Shown here: piece by piece, positions 17,680 to 28,109 of the stretch | How positions within the stretch are numbered: position 1 is the stretch's first letter | How the letters are laid out: every line of letters starts with the position of its first letter | DNA from: Gemmatimonadota bacterium | GTDB taxonomy: Bacteria; Gemmatimonadota; Gemmatimonadetes; Palauibacterales; Palauibacteraceae | Direction of reading: 5' to 3' | Length of the DNA stretch: 64,000 bases | Assembly (NCBI GenBank): GCA_046757885.1 | Contig: JBHHZD010000009.1 | Coordinates: forward strand, 1,779-65,778 | Notes under the pieces: generated by a model | Databases searched by the model: none | Told to the model about the DNA's origin: nothing | Seen by the model: the letters and a program-made list of their open reading frames with translations, nothing else | Position numbers and translations under genes: made by a program

Positions 17680-17863
17680 GACCCCAACTCCTTTCTGCCG
17701 TCGCCTCGCGAGCGGCGCGGGGAGGGGGCTGCACGTTTCCTTCCATGCCCGGGTACCGGGCCCGTAACTCGTTTGGCGACAACGGACTCAGAGACTTATC
17801 CACACGGTCGCCAGAGACCGGCCTCACCCAGATTCTGCACGGATTCGCGCATTCTGGCGCCGG

Positions 17864-18343
17864 CTACTCTCGCTCGAACCCGCCCGACGCCTCCTCGATC
17901 TCCGCCGTCCACCGGACCTCGACCGCGCCACGGAGCGAGCGCGCGGTCGGGCACTTCGCCGCGTGTCTCTCCAGGGCCCGGTCCACGCGCTCCCTCGATC
18001 CCGCGGGAATCCGCAGTCGGTAGTGGACCGCCACCTCGGTGAGGACCGGAATCCCGTCCCGGATCTCGTTGATTCCCTCTACATCCGCCACGATGTCGTC
18101 GGGGCCCAGCACGATCTCGCGCGCCTCCAGCGCACCGTTCAGGGTCCCCAGCATTCAGCCGCCCGTCGCGGCCACGATGTAGTCCACGGGAAGGGGCAGA
18201 TCTCTGGCATCGATCCTGTAGTGCTCCTTGATCGCCCCGTGGACGCCCATGTCGACGACGGCGTCGGCCGCGATCGCGGCCCTCCGGTGCACGCCCTCGA
18301 TCTTGTTGACCGTCGCCCGCGCGGTGTAGAAGGGGGAGTCCAT
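17864..18343 (-). CDS. OsmC/Ohr-family peroxidase-like protein with in-frame TGA (18155-18157) at the first catalytic Cys position
   Basis: ATG at 18343 with GGAGGAA upstream. Two same-frame ORFs are separated only by the TGA. The joined product reads ...PVDYIVAATGG[TGA]MLGTLNGAL...ERHAAKCPTARSL, matching the OsmC GGC and CP motifs. Confidence 0.7.
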
Positions 18344-18482
18344 GGCCGTTCCTCCGGAAGGGGAATCGTGCGATGCGCCTCCGCATACTAGGATCCGGCT
18401 TCCGGACGGGACAGAGCGCGCGTAGCGGCGGCGCCTGCGGCTCCTATATTGGTCGCCGTACCGCCGTCGGACGGGAGGAGAC

Positions 18483-18881
18483 ATGCCGAAGCGAGTCGAG
18501 CGCTCCGATGCGGAGTGGCGCGAGCGCCTGACGCCGGAGCAGTACTGGATCACCCGCCGCAAGGGAACGGAGCCTCCGTTCAGCGGACGATACGCCGCGT
18601 GCTCCGAGCCGGGGACGTATCGGTGCGTCTGCTGCGGAAGTGAGCTGTTCCGTTCGGGCGACAAGTTCGAGTCCGGCAGCGGATGGCCGAGCTTCACGGC
18701 GCCCGCGGCTCCGGAGGCGGTACGCGCGGAGGCCGACCGCACCCTGCGCATCGAGCGCACCGAAGTCGTCTGCGCCTCGTGCGATGCCCACCTGGGCCAC
18801 GTGTTTCCGGACGGCCCGGAACCGGACGGCATGCGGTACTGCATCAACTCCGCCGCCCTGGACCTGGACCCCGACTCGTGA
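18483..18881 (+). CDS. msrB: Peptide-methionine (R)-S-oxide reductase
   Basis: 132 aa. Zn-binding CxxC pairs (CVCCGSELF, CASCDAHLGHVF), GWPSF and catalytic RYCINS. Confidence 0.95.
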   Translation: MPKRVERSDAEWRERLTPEQYWITRRKGTEPPFSGRYAACSEPGTYRCVCCGSELFRSGDKFESGSGWPSFTAPAAPEAVRAEADRTLRIERTEVVCASCDAHLGHVFPDGPEPDGMRYCINSAALDLDPDS

Positions 18882-19468
18882 CCGGGACGGAGGCGGGCGC
18901 CGGCCCTCCCGTCCTCCACACCGAGCGCCTCGCACTGAGGCCCTTCACGGCGGAGGACGCGAACGACGTGCGGCGGCTGGCGGGCGATCGGGAGATCGCG
19001 GGCGGCACCCTCACGATCCCGCATCCGTACGGACCCGGGGTGGCGGAGGCGTGGATCGCCACGCACCCGGAGGCCTACCTGCGGGGCGAGCAGGTCGTGT
19101 TCGCGGTCGAGAGGCGCGGCGACGGGGCGCTCGTGGGCTCGGTCGGCCTCGACATCGCGCCGCAGCATCGCAGCGCGGAGCTGGGCTACTGGATCGGCCG
19201 ACCGTACTGGGGAAGCGGATTCGGGACCGAGGCGGCGGCGCGCGTCCTCGCGTTCGGGTTCGCGGACCTGGCCCTGAACCGGATCAGCGCGCGGTGCTTC
19301 GCGCGGAATCCGGCGTCCGGCCGGGTGCTGGAGAAGCTGGGCATGCGGCACGAGGGCTGCGGCCGCGGTGAGATCCTGAAGTGGGGGGTGTTCGAGGACA
19401 TCCACCACTACGCGATGCTCAAGGCGGAGTTCGAGGCCGCGCTGGCCGCCGGGGCCGGGAGCCGCTAG
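18878..19468 (+). CDS. GNAT-family N-acetyltransferase (RimJ/RimL-like)
   Basis: GTG overlaps the msrB stop (GTGA at 18878-18881). LRPFTAEDA..., GYWIGRPYWGSGFGTEAA acetyl-CoA-binding region. Confidence 0.85.
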   Translation: MTGTEAGAGPPVLHTERLALRPFTAEDANDVRRLAGDREIAGGTLTIPHPYGPGVAEAWIATHPEAYLRGEQVVFAVERRGDGALVGSVGLDIAPQHRSAELGYWIGRPYWGSGFGTEAAARVLAFGFADLALNRISARCFARNPASGRVLEKLGMRHEGCGRGEILKWGVFEDIHHYAMLKAEFEAALAAGAGSR

Positions 19469-19511
19469 TCTCCGCGCGGAGAGTCATGGGTCGCCAGCTC
19501 GAGGAGGACGG

Positions 19512-19886
19512 ATGCTGCCCGCCAGCGCCTACAAGATCCTGCACCTGTTTGGAATCCTGTTCGTCTTCGCGTCGCTGGGAGGGCTCAGCCTTCACGCGCT
19601 CAACGGCGGAACCCGGGCGACGAACGCCTCGCGGCGGCTCGTCGCGTGGTCCTACGGTGGAGGGCTCCTCCTCATCCTCGTGACGGGGTTCGGCCAGCTG
19701 GCGCGCCTCGGGCTGATGGAGGGAGGCGTGCCGGGTTGGGCCTGGGGGAAGCTCGTCGTGTGGCTGGCCCTGGGCGGCCTGCTCAGCGTCCCGTATCGCC
19801 ATCCGGAGCGCGCCCGGCTCCTGTGGTTCGGGGCACCCGTTTTGGGTGCGGCCGCCGCGTACCTGGCTCTCTACAAGCCGTTCTGA
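19512..19886 (+). CDS. Small integral membrane protein (4 TM)
   Basis: ATG at 19512 preceded by GAGGAGGA. 124 aa, strongly hydrophobic. Family not recognised with certainty. Confidence 0.6.
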   Translation: MLPASAYKILHLFGILFVFASLGGLSLHALNGGTRATNASRRLVAWSYGGGLLLILVTGFGQLARLGLMEGGVPGWAWGKLVVWLALGGLLSVPYRHPERARLLWFGAPVLGAAAAYLALYKPF

Positions 19887-19895
19887 CGCCTTTCC

Positions 19896-20702
19896 GTGGG
19901 CGCGCCGCGGCTCGCCGGGATTTTCGTTCATCCGGTCAAGTCCACGCGCCGGATCGAGGTCGAGACGGCCGAGCTCGACGAGTGTGGCCTCGTCCTGGAT
20001 CGGCGCTGGATGCTCGCCGATCCGGAGGGCCGTGCCGTCACGCAGCGGGAACGGCCGGCGCTCGCCCGGGTCCGGACGCGCGTCGCGGGGGATCGAATCG
20101 TCGTGAGCGCGCCCGATCGGGAGGATCTCGTCCTTCCGGCGCGACCGGTCCCCGGTGGAGAGGTCCGGGTCGAAGTCTGGGACGACCGGTTCTCCGCGCG
20201 CCTCGTCGAGGGTCCCGGGTCGGCCTGGTTCAGCGAGCATCTGGGGACGCCGTGCCGGCTCGTCTGGATGTCGGACGATCTCGTGCGGCCCGTCGATGCG
20301 CGACACGGGAGAGACGGCGATCGGGTCGCGTTCACGGACGGGTATCCTCTCCTGCTCATCGGCCGGGCGTCCCTGGACGATCTGAACAGCCGGCTCGACG
20401 TACCCGTCCCGATGGACCGCTTCCGCCCGAATCTGGTGGTCGAGGGGTCGGAGCCCTTCGCAGAGGACGGGTGGGCGAGGGTGAGGATCGGGCAGGCGAC
20501 CTTCCGGGTGGCGAAATCCTGCGCGCGCTGCTCCGTGACGACGATCGATCAGGCGACCGGTGAGAAGGGCCCGGAGCCGCTCCGCACTCTGGCCACGTAC
20601 CGGAAGAGGAACGGGAAGGTCCTGTTCGGGCAGTACCTGCTGCACGACGCCCCGGGGTGGCTCCGCACGGGTGACCCCGTCGACGTCCTCGAGATCCGCT
20701 GA
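19896..20702 (+). CDS. MOSC-domain protein (N-terminal beta-barrel plus MOSC)
   Basis: GTG at 19896. FVHPVKS start, RFRPNLVVEG, and the conserved Cys context AKSCARCSVTTIDQ. Confidence 0.85.
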   Translation: MGAPRLAGIFVHPVKSTRRIEVETAELDECGLVLDRRWMLADPEGRAVTQRERPALARVRTRVAGDRIVVSAPDREDLVLPARPVPGGEVRVEVWDDRFSARLVEGPGSAWFSEHLGTPCRLVWMSDDLVRPVDARHGRDGDRVAFTDGYPLLLIGRASLDDLNSRLDVPVPMDRFRPNLVVEGSEPFAEDGWARVRIGQATFRVAKSCARCSVTTIDQATGEKGPEPLRTLATYRKRNGKVLFGQYLLHDAPGWLRTGDPVDVLEIR

Positions 20703-20718
20703 GGCCGCGTCCGTTCGA

Positions 20719-20943
20719 TCAGCGCAAGCGCTCGAGGTGGATCTCGCGCGCCATCGCCTGGGCGGCCTCGGAGAGCGCCTCTTCCACCCGAGACAGCGCG
20801 AACTGAAGGACCGTCTCGATCTCGTCCGGATCGCCGAGCGTGCCCGCGGCGAACTCGGCGTATTCGACGATGTGATCGACCCGGCTGCGAAGGTCGCTCT
20901 TGATCGCGTGGAGCAGCGCTTCTGTCGTCCCGCTGTAGGCCAC
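20719..20943 (-). CDS. Small (74 aa) helical acidic protein, hypothetical
   Basis: GTG at 20943 with AAGGAGGG 8 nt upstream. Protein-like composition, in contrast to the Arg/Ser-rich alternative frame. Confidence 0.45.
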   Translation of the reverse strand: MAYSGTTEALLHAIKSDLRSRVDHIVEYAEFAAGTLGDPDEIETVLQFALSRVEEALSEAAQAMAREIHLERLR

Positions 20944-21276
20944 GGTGCCATCCCTCCTTGGGGTCGTGCCGCCCCGGTCCGTCGCGGAGTCCCCGCCGGC
21001 CCGTCCACGGCGCCGGAAGAAGAGGTGAGCAAGGCCGAAGCCATCCGGAGGGGGGCGCGGGAACCGCCCGCCAACCCGTTTTCCGCCAAGATGATACGGC
21101 ACCTCGCCCGGACAGACGTCGCGCCCGTGCAACGGTCTGCGCCCGTCCGGGTTCGGCAAAAAGCCAAGCCGCCGTGGGAAAATCCCCCGGCCGGGCGTTG
21201 ACGGCCCGTTGAGCGCGCCTTCGACCCTCGAGGCGACGGCGGGCCGCACCGGAAGTCAGAACGGAGGGAGGAGCCT

Positions 21277-21696
21277 GTGCCGCGGATCGGGCATCGAGGA
21301 GCGATCCTTCCCATCGTGTTGCTCGTCCTGCTCGCGCTGTCGGCGCTCGGGACGGGCGCCTTTCTCGCAGCGAGCTTCGAGAGGCGCATCAGCGAGGCGC
21401 ATCGTGCCGGCGTGATCGCGCTCTACGTGGCCGAATCCGGGCTCGCGCACCTCCTGGCGGAAAACCCCCCCTCGTTCCCTGCCCTCCGGAGCTACGCCTT
21501 TCCGGACGGCGACGCCGTCGTGCGCGCGGACCGGCTCGTCACGATCGACTCCACCCGGGCGCTGGTCCTGGTGACGAGCCGCGGCACGCACGGCGTCGGT
21601 CGCCAGGCGATCGGGGTTCGGAGCGTCCAGATCGTGGCCGAGTTCGGAGCCGGCCCTCCACGGCCCCGGCGGGGGAGCTGGCACGAGCGGTGGTAG
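21277..21696 (+). CDS. PilX-N-like (type IV pilus minor pilin/assembly-like) protein, orphan
   Basis: GTG at 21277 with GGAGGGAGGAG upstream. Single N-terminal TM helix, then ERRISEAHRAGVIALYVAESGL, resembling the PilX N-terminal domain. Confidence 0.5.
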   Translation: MPRIGHRGAILPIVLLVLLALSALGTGAFLAASFERRISEAHRAGVIALYVAESGLAHLLAENPPSFPALRSYAFPDGDAVVRADRLVTIDSTRALVLVTSRGTHGVGRQAIGVRSVQIVAEFGAGPPRPRRGSWHERW

Positions 21697-21715
21697 AAGA
21701 TGCGTCCCGACGGCC

Positions 21716-22519
21716 TCAGGGCAGGAGACGGGCGAGGAGATCCCGCAGCCCCATCGGATTGTCGGCGTTCAGCCAGTGCCCACCGTCCAGTTCGTGCACC
21801 CGCACCCGGCCGGTACGCCGGGCGGCCCGCGCCGCGCGTTCCAGGTCGGCGCGGCCCAGCGCTCCGGAGCGAAGGGCCCGCACGAGGTGCACCTCCGCCG
21901 TCCCCGGCGGCGTCTCGACGACCCGCCACAGGTCCGTCTCCCGGAAGCTCTCGAGCAGCGCATCCATGTCGGCGGGCCGGAACCTCCACCGCCAGCCGGC
22001 CCGGCGCTCCTCGAGGTTCGTGGCGAGCCAGCTCGCGACGGCAGGCTCGAGACCCTCCTCCACGAGGCGGTGCACCGCTTCCCTCCGACTCGGGAAGGAG
22101 GCGGGAAGCCGTCTCACGAGGTCCAGAACCCGCCTCGCGCTGCCCACGCCCTCGAGCCGCGAGGGAGAGGCGTCGATGACCCAGACCTGCCGGAGATGCC
22201 CCGGCGCCGCGAGGGAGGCGGCGAGCGCGACCTTTCCCCCGAAGGAATGGCCGAGCAGGACGAGGTCCTCCGGGCCCCGGGTCTCGATCAGCGGCCCGAG
22301 GTCCGCCGCGCACGCCTCGAGCGTGTGCGGAGGCGACGCGCCGAGCGAGCGGCCGTGCAGCCGGAGGTCCACGAGGACGCATCCCCAGTCCGGTCGAGCC
22401 TCCACCAGGGCGTCCGCCACGCTCCGCCAGTTCCGGCCCGCACCGAAGATCCCGTGGAGCACGAAGACCCAGCGCGTCGGCGCGTCCGGGCCGCGAGCGA
22501 CATCGACAGCATGCAGCAT
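21716..22519 (-). CDS. Alpha/beta hydrolase
   Basis: ATG at 22519, 267 aa. VLHGIFGAGRNW, GHSFGG nucleophile elbow, C-terminal DGGHW. Confidence 0.8.
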   Translation of the reverse strand: MLHAVDVARGPDAPTRWVFVLHGIFGAGRNWRSVADALVEARPDWGCVLVDLRLHGRSLGASPPHTLEACAADLGPLIETRGPEDLVLLGHSFGGKVALAASLAAPGHLRQVWVIDASPSRLEGVGSARRVLDLVRRLPASFPSRREAVHRLVEEGLEPAVASWLATNLEERRAGWRWRFRPADMDALLESFRETDLWRVVETPPGTAEVHLVRALRSGALGRADLERAARAARRTGRVRVHELDGGHWLNADNPMGLRDLLARLLP

Positions 22520-22524
22520 CGGCC

Positions 22525-23499
22525 TCAGAGCTGGTTGCGCATCCCGAAGGGCCCGATGATCGCCTCGATCCGCTCGAGGGTCTCCGCATCGAGCTCGATC
22601 TCGGCGGCCGCGACGTTCTCCTCCACCTGACCGATGCGCGTGGCCCCCACGATGGCCGATGCGATGCCGGGCTGGCGCAGGATCCACGCGAGCGAGAGCT
22701 GGGCGACCGTGATGCCCATCGGAGTCGCGACTTCCCTCTCCAGGCGGGCGACGGCCTCCAGGACATCTCCCTCCAGCACGTTTCCCATGAACATGTTGCT
22801 GGTCGAATCCGCACCCCGGCTGCCCTCGGGCGCGGCCCGACCGGGACGGTACTTCCCCGTCAGGGCGCCCCCCGCCAGGGGGCTCCACACGACCTGCCCG
22901 ATCCCGTGCTCCATGGACAGCGGGATCACCGCCTCCTCGATCCCGCGCGCGAGGAGGGAGTACTGAGGCTGATTGCTCACGAGGGGACGAAGTCCCAGCT
23001 CGCGCCCGATCCTGGCGGCATCCTCGAGCGCCTCAGCCGGCCATTCGCTGACCCCCGTGTACAGGACCTTTCCCTGCGTGACGAGATCATCGAGCGCCCG
23101 CAGGGTCTCCTCCAGCGGGACCGACGGATCGAACCGGTGACACTGGTACAGATCGACGTACTCCAGCCCGAGTCGGCGCAGCGAGGCCTCACACTGCTCC
23201 ATGATGTGCTTCCGCGAGAGCCCCCTGTCGTTGGGCCCCTCGCCCATGGGGAAGAAGACCTTCGTCGCGACGACGAGATCCGACCGGGGGAGGTCCGCGA
23301 GCCAGCGCCCGAGCGTGCGCTCGGCCTCTCCCGCCCCGTACACGTTCGCGGTGTCGAAGAAGTTCACTCCGAGCTCGTAGGCCCGCGTGAGGCATCCGTG
23401 GGCCACGCCATCGTCTACGGAACGGCCGTACGTGAGCCAGGACCCGAGACCGATGGCGCTCACGCGCAGTCCCGAGCTCCCGAGGTTGCGGTAGATCAT
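22525..23499 (-). CDS. Aldo/keto reductase (Kv-beta-like subgroup)
   Basis: 324 aa. MIYRNLGSSGLRVSAIGLGSW, FFDTANVYG, LDYVDLYQCHR-like and GASR-like motifs. Confidence 0.9.
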   Translation of the reverse strand: MIYRNLGSSGLRVSAIGLGSWLTYGRSVDDGVAHGCLTRAYELGVNFFDTANVYGAGEAERTLGRWLADLPRSDLVVATKVFFPMGEGPNDRGLSRKHIMEQCEASLRRLGLEYVDLYQCHRFDPSVPLEETLRALDDLVTQGKVLYTGVSEWPAEALEDAARIGRELGLRPLVSNQPQYSLLARGIEEAVIPLSMEHGIGQVVWSPLAGGALTGKYRPGRAAPEGSRGADSTSNMFMGNVLEGDVLEAVARLEREVATPMGITVAQLSLAWILRQPGIASAIVGATRIGQVEENVAAAEIELDAETLERIEAIIGPFGMRNQL

Positions 23500-23563
23500 T
23501 CACGACTCCTCTCTCGAGCTTCGTCGCTTGCTCGCGCCGGGGCCGGCGGCTCAGCTTTCGGAC

Positions 23564-24631
23564 GTGAAGAATCCGTTTCGCGACCGATCGGGACAAGGGA
23601 CGGGTGACTTCGTGCCCGTGCGCTGGCTGCCGGGCCCTCACGCCCAGACGATCGTGGGGCGACTGCTCCGGGGCGCCGCCCCGACGCCTTCCGTCCGGCG
23701 GGAGCGCGTGGAAACGCCCGACGGCGACTTCCTCGATCTCGACCTGTTCGGCGGCCGGTGGCCCGAAGCGGGCGATCCGCCGAGCGACGCGGACCTCCCC
23801 GTCGCCATCCTCCTGCACGGGCTCGAGGGCTCCGCGCGATCCGGTTACATCCGTGAGACGGCGCGCCGCCTGTCCGAGCGGGGCGTGGGCTCGATCGGGC
23901 TGAACTTCCGGTCCCGGAGCGGGGAGCCGAACCGAACGCGCCGGTTCTACCATTCGGGCGAGACGGGGGACCTCGCATTCGTCGTTGAGTGGACGGCGAG
24001 CCGTCGGCCCCGCGCGCCCATCGGGCTCGTCGGCTTCTCGCTCGGGGGCAACGTGCTCCTGAAGTACCTGGGCGAGCGGGGCGACGGCGTGGATTCCCGC
24101 CTCACGGCCGCCGTCGCCGCCTCCGTCCCCTTCGACCTGACGGCCAGCGCCCGCGTGTTCGACTCGGGCGCGGGCAGGATCTACGGGAGCTTCTTTCTGC
24201 GCTCGCTGAAGGCAACGCTTCGCAGGAAGGCGGAGCTGTTTCCCGATGCCTACGATCTGCGGCGCGCCGAGGCCGCCCGGACCCTGCGCGAGTTCGACGA
24301 GGCCGTGACCGCCCCCGTCCACGGATTTCGGGATGCGGCCGACTACTATCGCCGCTCGAGCTCGGCCCGCTTCCTCGGCGACATTCGACTGCCCACCCTC
24401 CTCATCCAGGCATGGGACGATCCGTTCGTGCCGCGCGCGTCGGTCCCTGCCGCGGCGATCCGGGAGAATCCGGCGCTCCGGACCCGATTTTCGGAGCGGG
24501 GCGGACATCTCGGCTTCGTGGGTCGGCGCTCCGCGTGGGTCCCAGCGCTCTGGGCCGAGCGGACGGCCGCCGACTTCCTCGCGGCCGCCCTGGCGAGGGC
24601 ACATCCGGGCCCCGGACGCGTATTCGAGTAG
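23564..24631 (+). CDS. YheT-type alpha/beta hydrolase
   Basis: F.P..WLPGPHAQT N-terminal motif, LLHGLEGS, GFSLGG. The start is uncertain: in-frame TTG at 23528, GTG at 23564, GTG at 23612. Confidence 0.8.
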   Translation: MKNPFRDRSGQGTGDFVPVRWLPGPHAQTIVGRLLRGAAPTPSVRRERVETPDGDFLDLDLFGGRWPEAGDPPSDADLPVAILLHGLEGSARSGYIRETARRLSERGVGSIGLNFRSRSGEPNRTRRFYHSGETGDLAFVVEWTASRRPRAPIGLVGFSLGGNVLLKYLGERGDGVDSRLTAAVAASVPFDLTASARVFDSGAGRIYGSFFLRSLKATLRRKAELFPDAYDLRRAEAARTLREFDEAVTAPVHGFRDAADYYRRSSSARFLGDIRLPTLLIQAWDDPFVPRASVPAAAIRENPALRTRFSERGGHLGFVGRRSAWVPALWAERTAADFLAAALARAHPGPGRVFE

Positions 24632-24668
24632 ACATTCCGGGGGATTCCGTACGAAAGGACACCTGAGG

Positions 24669-25148
24669 ATGGCGAACTCGAACGCGAGCGAGACGAAGAC
24701 CGCGGGGCCCTCGGGCGCCCCGGCCACCCTGCGCTGCCCGTTCTGTCTCACGCTGAACCGCGTCGATGTGAGCCGGGCGGACGAGCGGCCGAGATGCGGA
24801 AGCTGCTCCCGCCCGTTCCTGCTCGACCGGCCCATCCACGTGGCGGGCGAGGACCTCGACCGGCTCGTGCAGGACGCCGGGGCGCCCGTGGTGGTGGACT
24901 TCTACGCGGACTGGTGCGGACCCTGCAAGATGATGGCGCCCGTTCTGGACGAGTTCGCCCGCGACCACGCAGGGGCGGTCCTCGTCGCGAAGCTGGACAC
25001 GGATCGGAGTCCCGACGTGTCCGGGCGCCTGGGCATCCGGGGGATCCCGACGCTCATCCTGTTCCGGGAGGGAAGGGAGGTCGCCCGGACGACGGGCGCC
25101 GTGCCCCGGGAAGGACTCGAAGCGCTCCTCGGCGGAGGGGAGGCGTGA
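24669..25148 (+). CDS. trxC: Thioredoxin 2 (N-terminal zinc-finger thioredoxin)
   Basis: ATG at 24669. CPFC...CGSC zinc finger followed by a WCGPC active site. Confidence 0.9.
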   Translation: MANSNASETKTAGPSGAPATLRCPFCLTLNRVDVSRADERPRCGSCSRPFLLDRPIHVAGEDLDRLVQDAGAPVVVDFYADWCGPCKMMAPVLDEFARDHAGAVLVAKLDTDRSPDVSGRLGIRGIPTLILFREGREVARTTGAVPREGLEALLGGGEA

Positions 25149-26335
25149 GCCGGGCGGGACCGCGGGCCTGGATGCCTCCCGCGGTCGCTCTCCTGGCCGT
25201 CCCGTGGGTCGTGGGATGCGGCGAGGCATCGCCGCAGGGGACGACGGGCGGCGGCGGACCGCCGCCGCCCGGACCCGCCCCGACGCTGCGGCTCACGGCC
25301 ATCGCCACGGGCCTCTCGAGCCCCGTTGACCTGCAGAGCCCACCGGGCGACCCGCGCCTGTTCATCGTCGAGCAGTCCGGCCGCATTCTCATCCTGGAGG
25401 GGGACTCCGTCCGCAGCACGCCGTTCCTGGACCTCACCGGCCGGGTCGTGACCGGAAGCGAGCGGGGGCTCCTCGGGCTCGCCTTCCATCCGGCGTACGC
25501 CGCCAACGGGTTCTTCTACGTGAACTTCACGGGTGCGGGCGGCGAGACGCGCGTGGAGCGCTTCACGGCCGGCCCGGATCCGAGCGCGGCGGATCCGTCG
25601 AGCGCGAAGCTCATCCTCCGGGTCGCCCAGCCGTTCGGGAATCACAACGGCGGTCAGGTGGTGTTCGGGCCCGACGGCATGCTCTACGTGGCGCTCGGCG
25701 ACGGAGGCAGCGGCGGGGATCCGCTCGGGAACGGCCAGAACCGCCAGACCCTCCTCGGGTCCATCCTCCGCATTGACGTGGATGGCGGCGATCCGTACGC
25801 GATCCCCCCCGACAACCCGTTCGTCTCCGACCCCGCCGCCCGGGACGAGATCTGGGCGTATGGCCTGCGGAACCCGTGGCGGTCCGCCTTCGATCCGGCG
25901 GACGGCCTTCTGTACATCGCGGACGTCGGGCAGAACCGCCTCGAGGAGATCGACGTGATCCCTGCCGGCACGGGCGGTCGAAACCTGGGCTGGAACGTGA
26001 TGGAGGCCGGCGAGTGCTTCGGGAGCTCCTCCTGCGACCGCACGGGCCTGACCCTCCCCGCGCTTCAGTACGATCACGGCGAGGGGTGCTCGATCATCGG
26101 TGGACGCGTGTACCGCGGTCGCTCGATCCCCGCCATCGTGGGCCACTACTTCTACTCGGACTTCTGCGCCGGCTGGCTGCGATCGTTCCGGTTCACCGGC
26201 GGAACCGTCACGCAGGCGCGCGAGTGGAGCCTTCCCGCCGTGTCCGACCCGGCGGCCTTCGGGGAGGATCGCGACGGAGAGCTCTACGTCCTGTCCCTGG
26301 GCGGGACGGTCTTCCGGCTCGACTCCGCGCCCTGA
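25145..26335 (+). CDS. PQQ-dependent sugar dehydrogenase-like beta-propeller lipoprotein
   Basis: GTG at 25145 overlaps the trxC stop (GTGA); an alternative ATG is at 25172. Lipobox VVGC. GLLGLAFHP, NHNGG, GDGG and YGLRNPWR motifs. Confidence 0.85.
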   Translation: MSRAGPRAWMPPAVALLAVPWVVGCGEASPQGTTGGGGPPPPGPAPTLRLTAIATGLSSPVDLQSPPGDPRLFIVEQSGRILILEGDSVRSTPFLDLTGRVVTGSERGLLGLAFHPAYAANGFFYVNFTGAGGETRVERFTAGPDPSAADPSSAKLILRVAQPFGNHNGGQVVFGPDGMLYVALGDGGSGGDPLGNGQNRQTLLGSILRIDVDGGDPYAIPPDNPFVSDPAARDEIWAYGLRNPWRSAFDPADGLLYIADVGQNRLEEIDVIPAGTGGRNLGWNVMEAGECFGSSSCDRTGLTLPALQYDHGEGCSIIGGRVYRGRSIPAIVGHYFYSDFCAGWLRSFRFTGGTVTQAREWSLPAVSDPAAFGEDRDGELYVLSLGGTVFRLDSAP

Positions 26336-26443
26336 CCGCGCCCGCCCGCGAGTCCGTGGACACGGGGGTCGGGGAGAGGCGCCGTTGACCTTTTCGCCGG
26401 TTCGATCGTCTTCCATGTAAGACCCCCGATCGAAAGGCGAGCC

Positions 26444-28063
<1,620 letters not shown>

Positions 28064-28109
28064 CCGGGTCCGCCCTCGTGGCCCACCGCCATTCGACACG
28101 GAGGACGAG

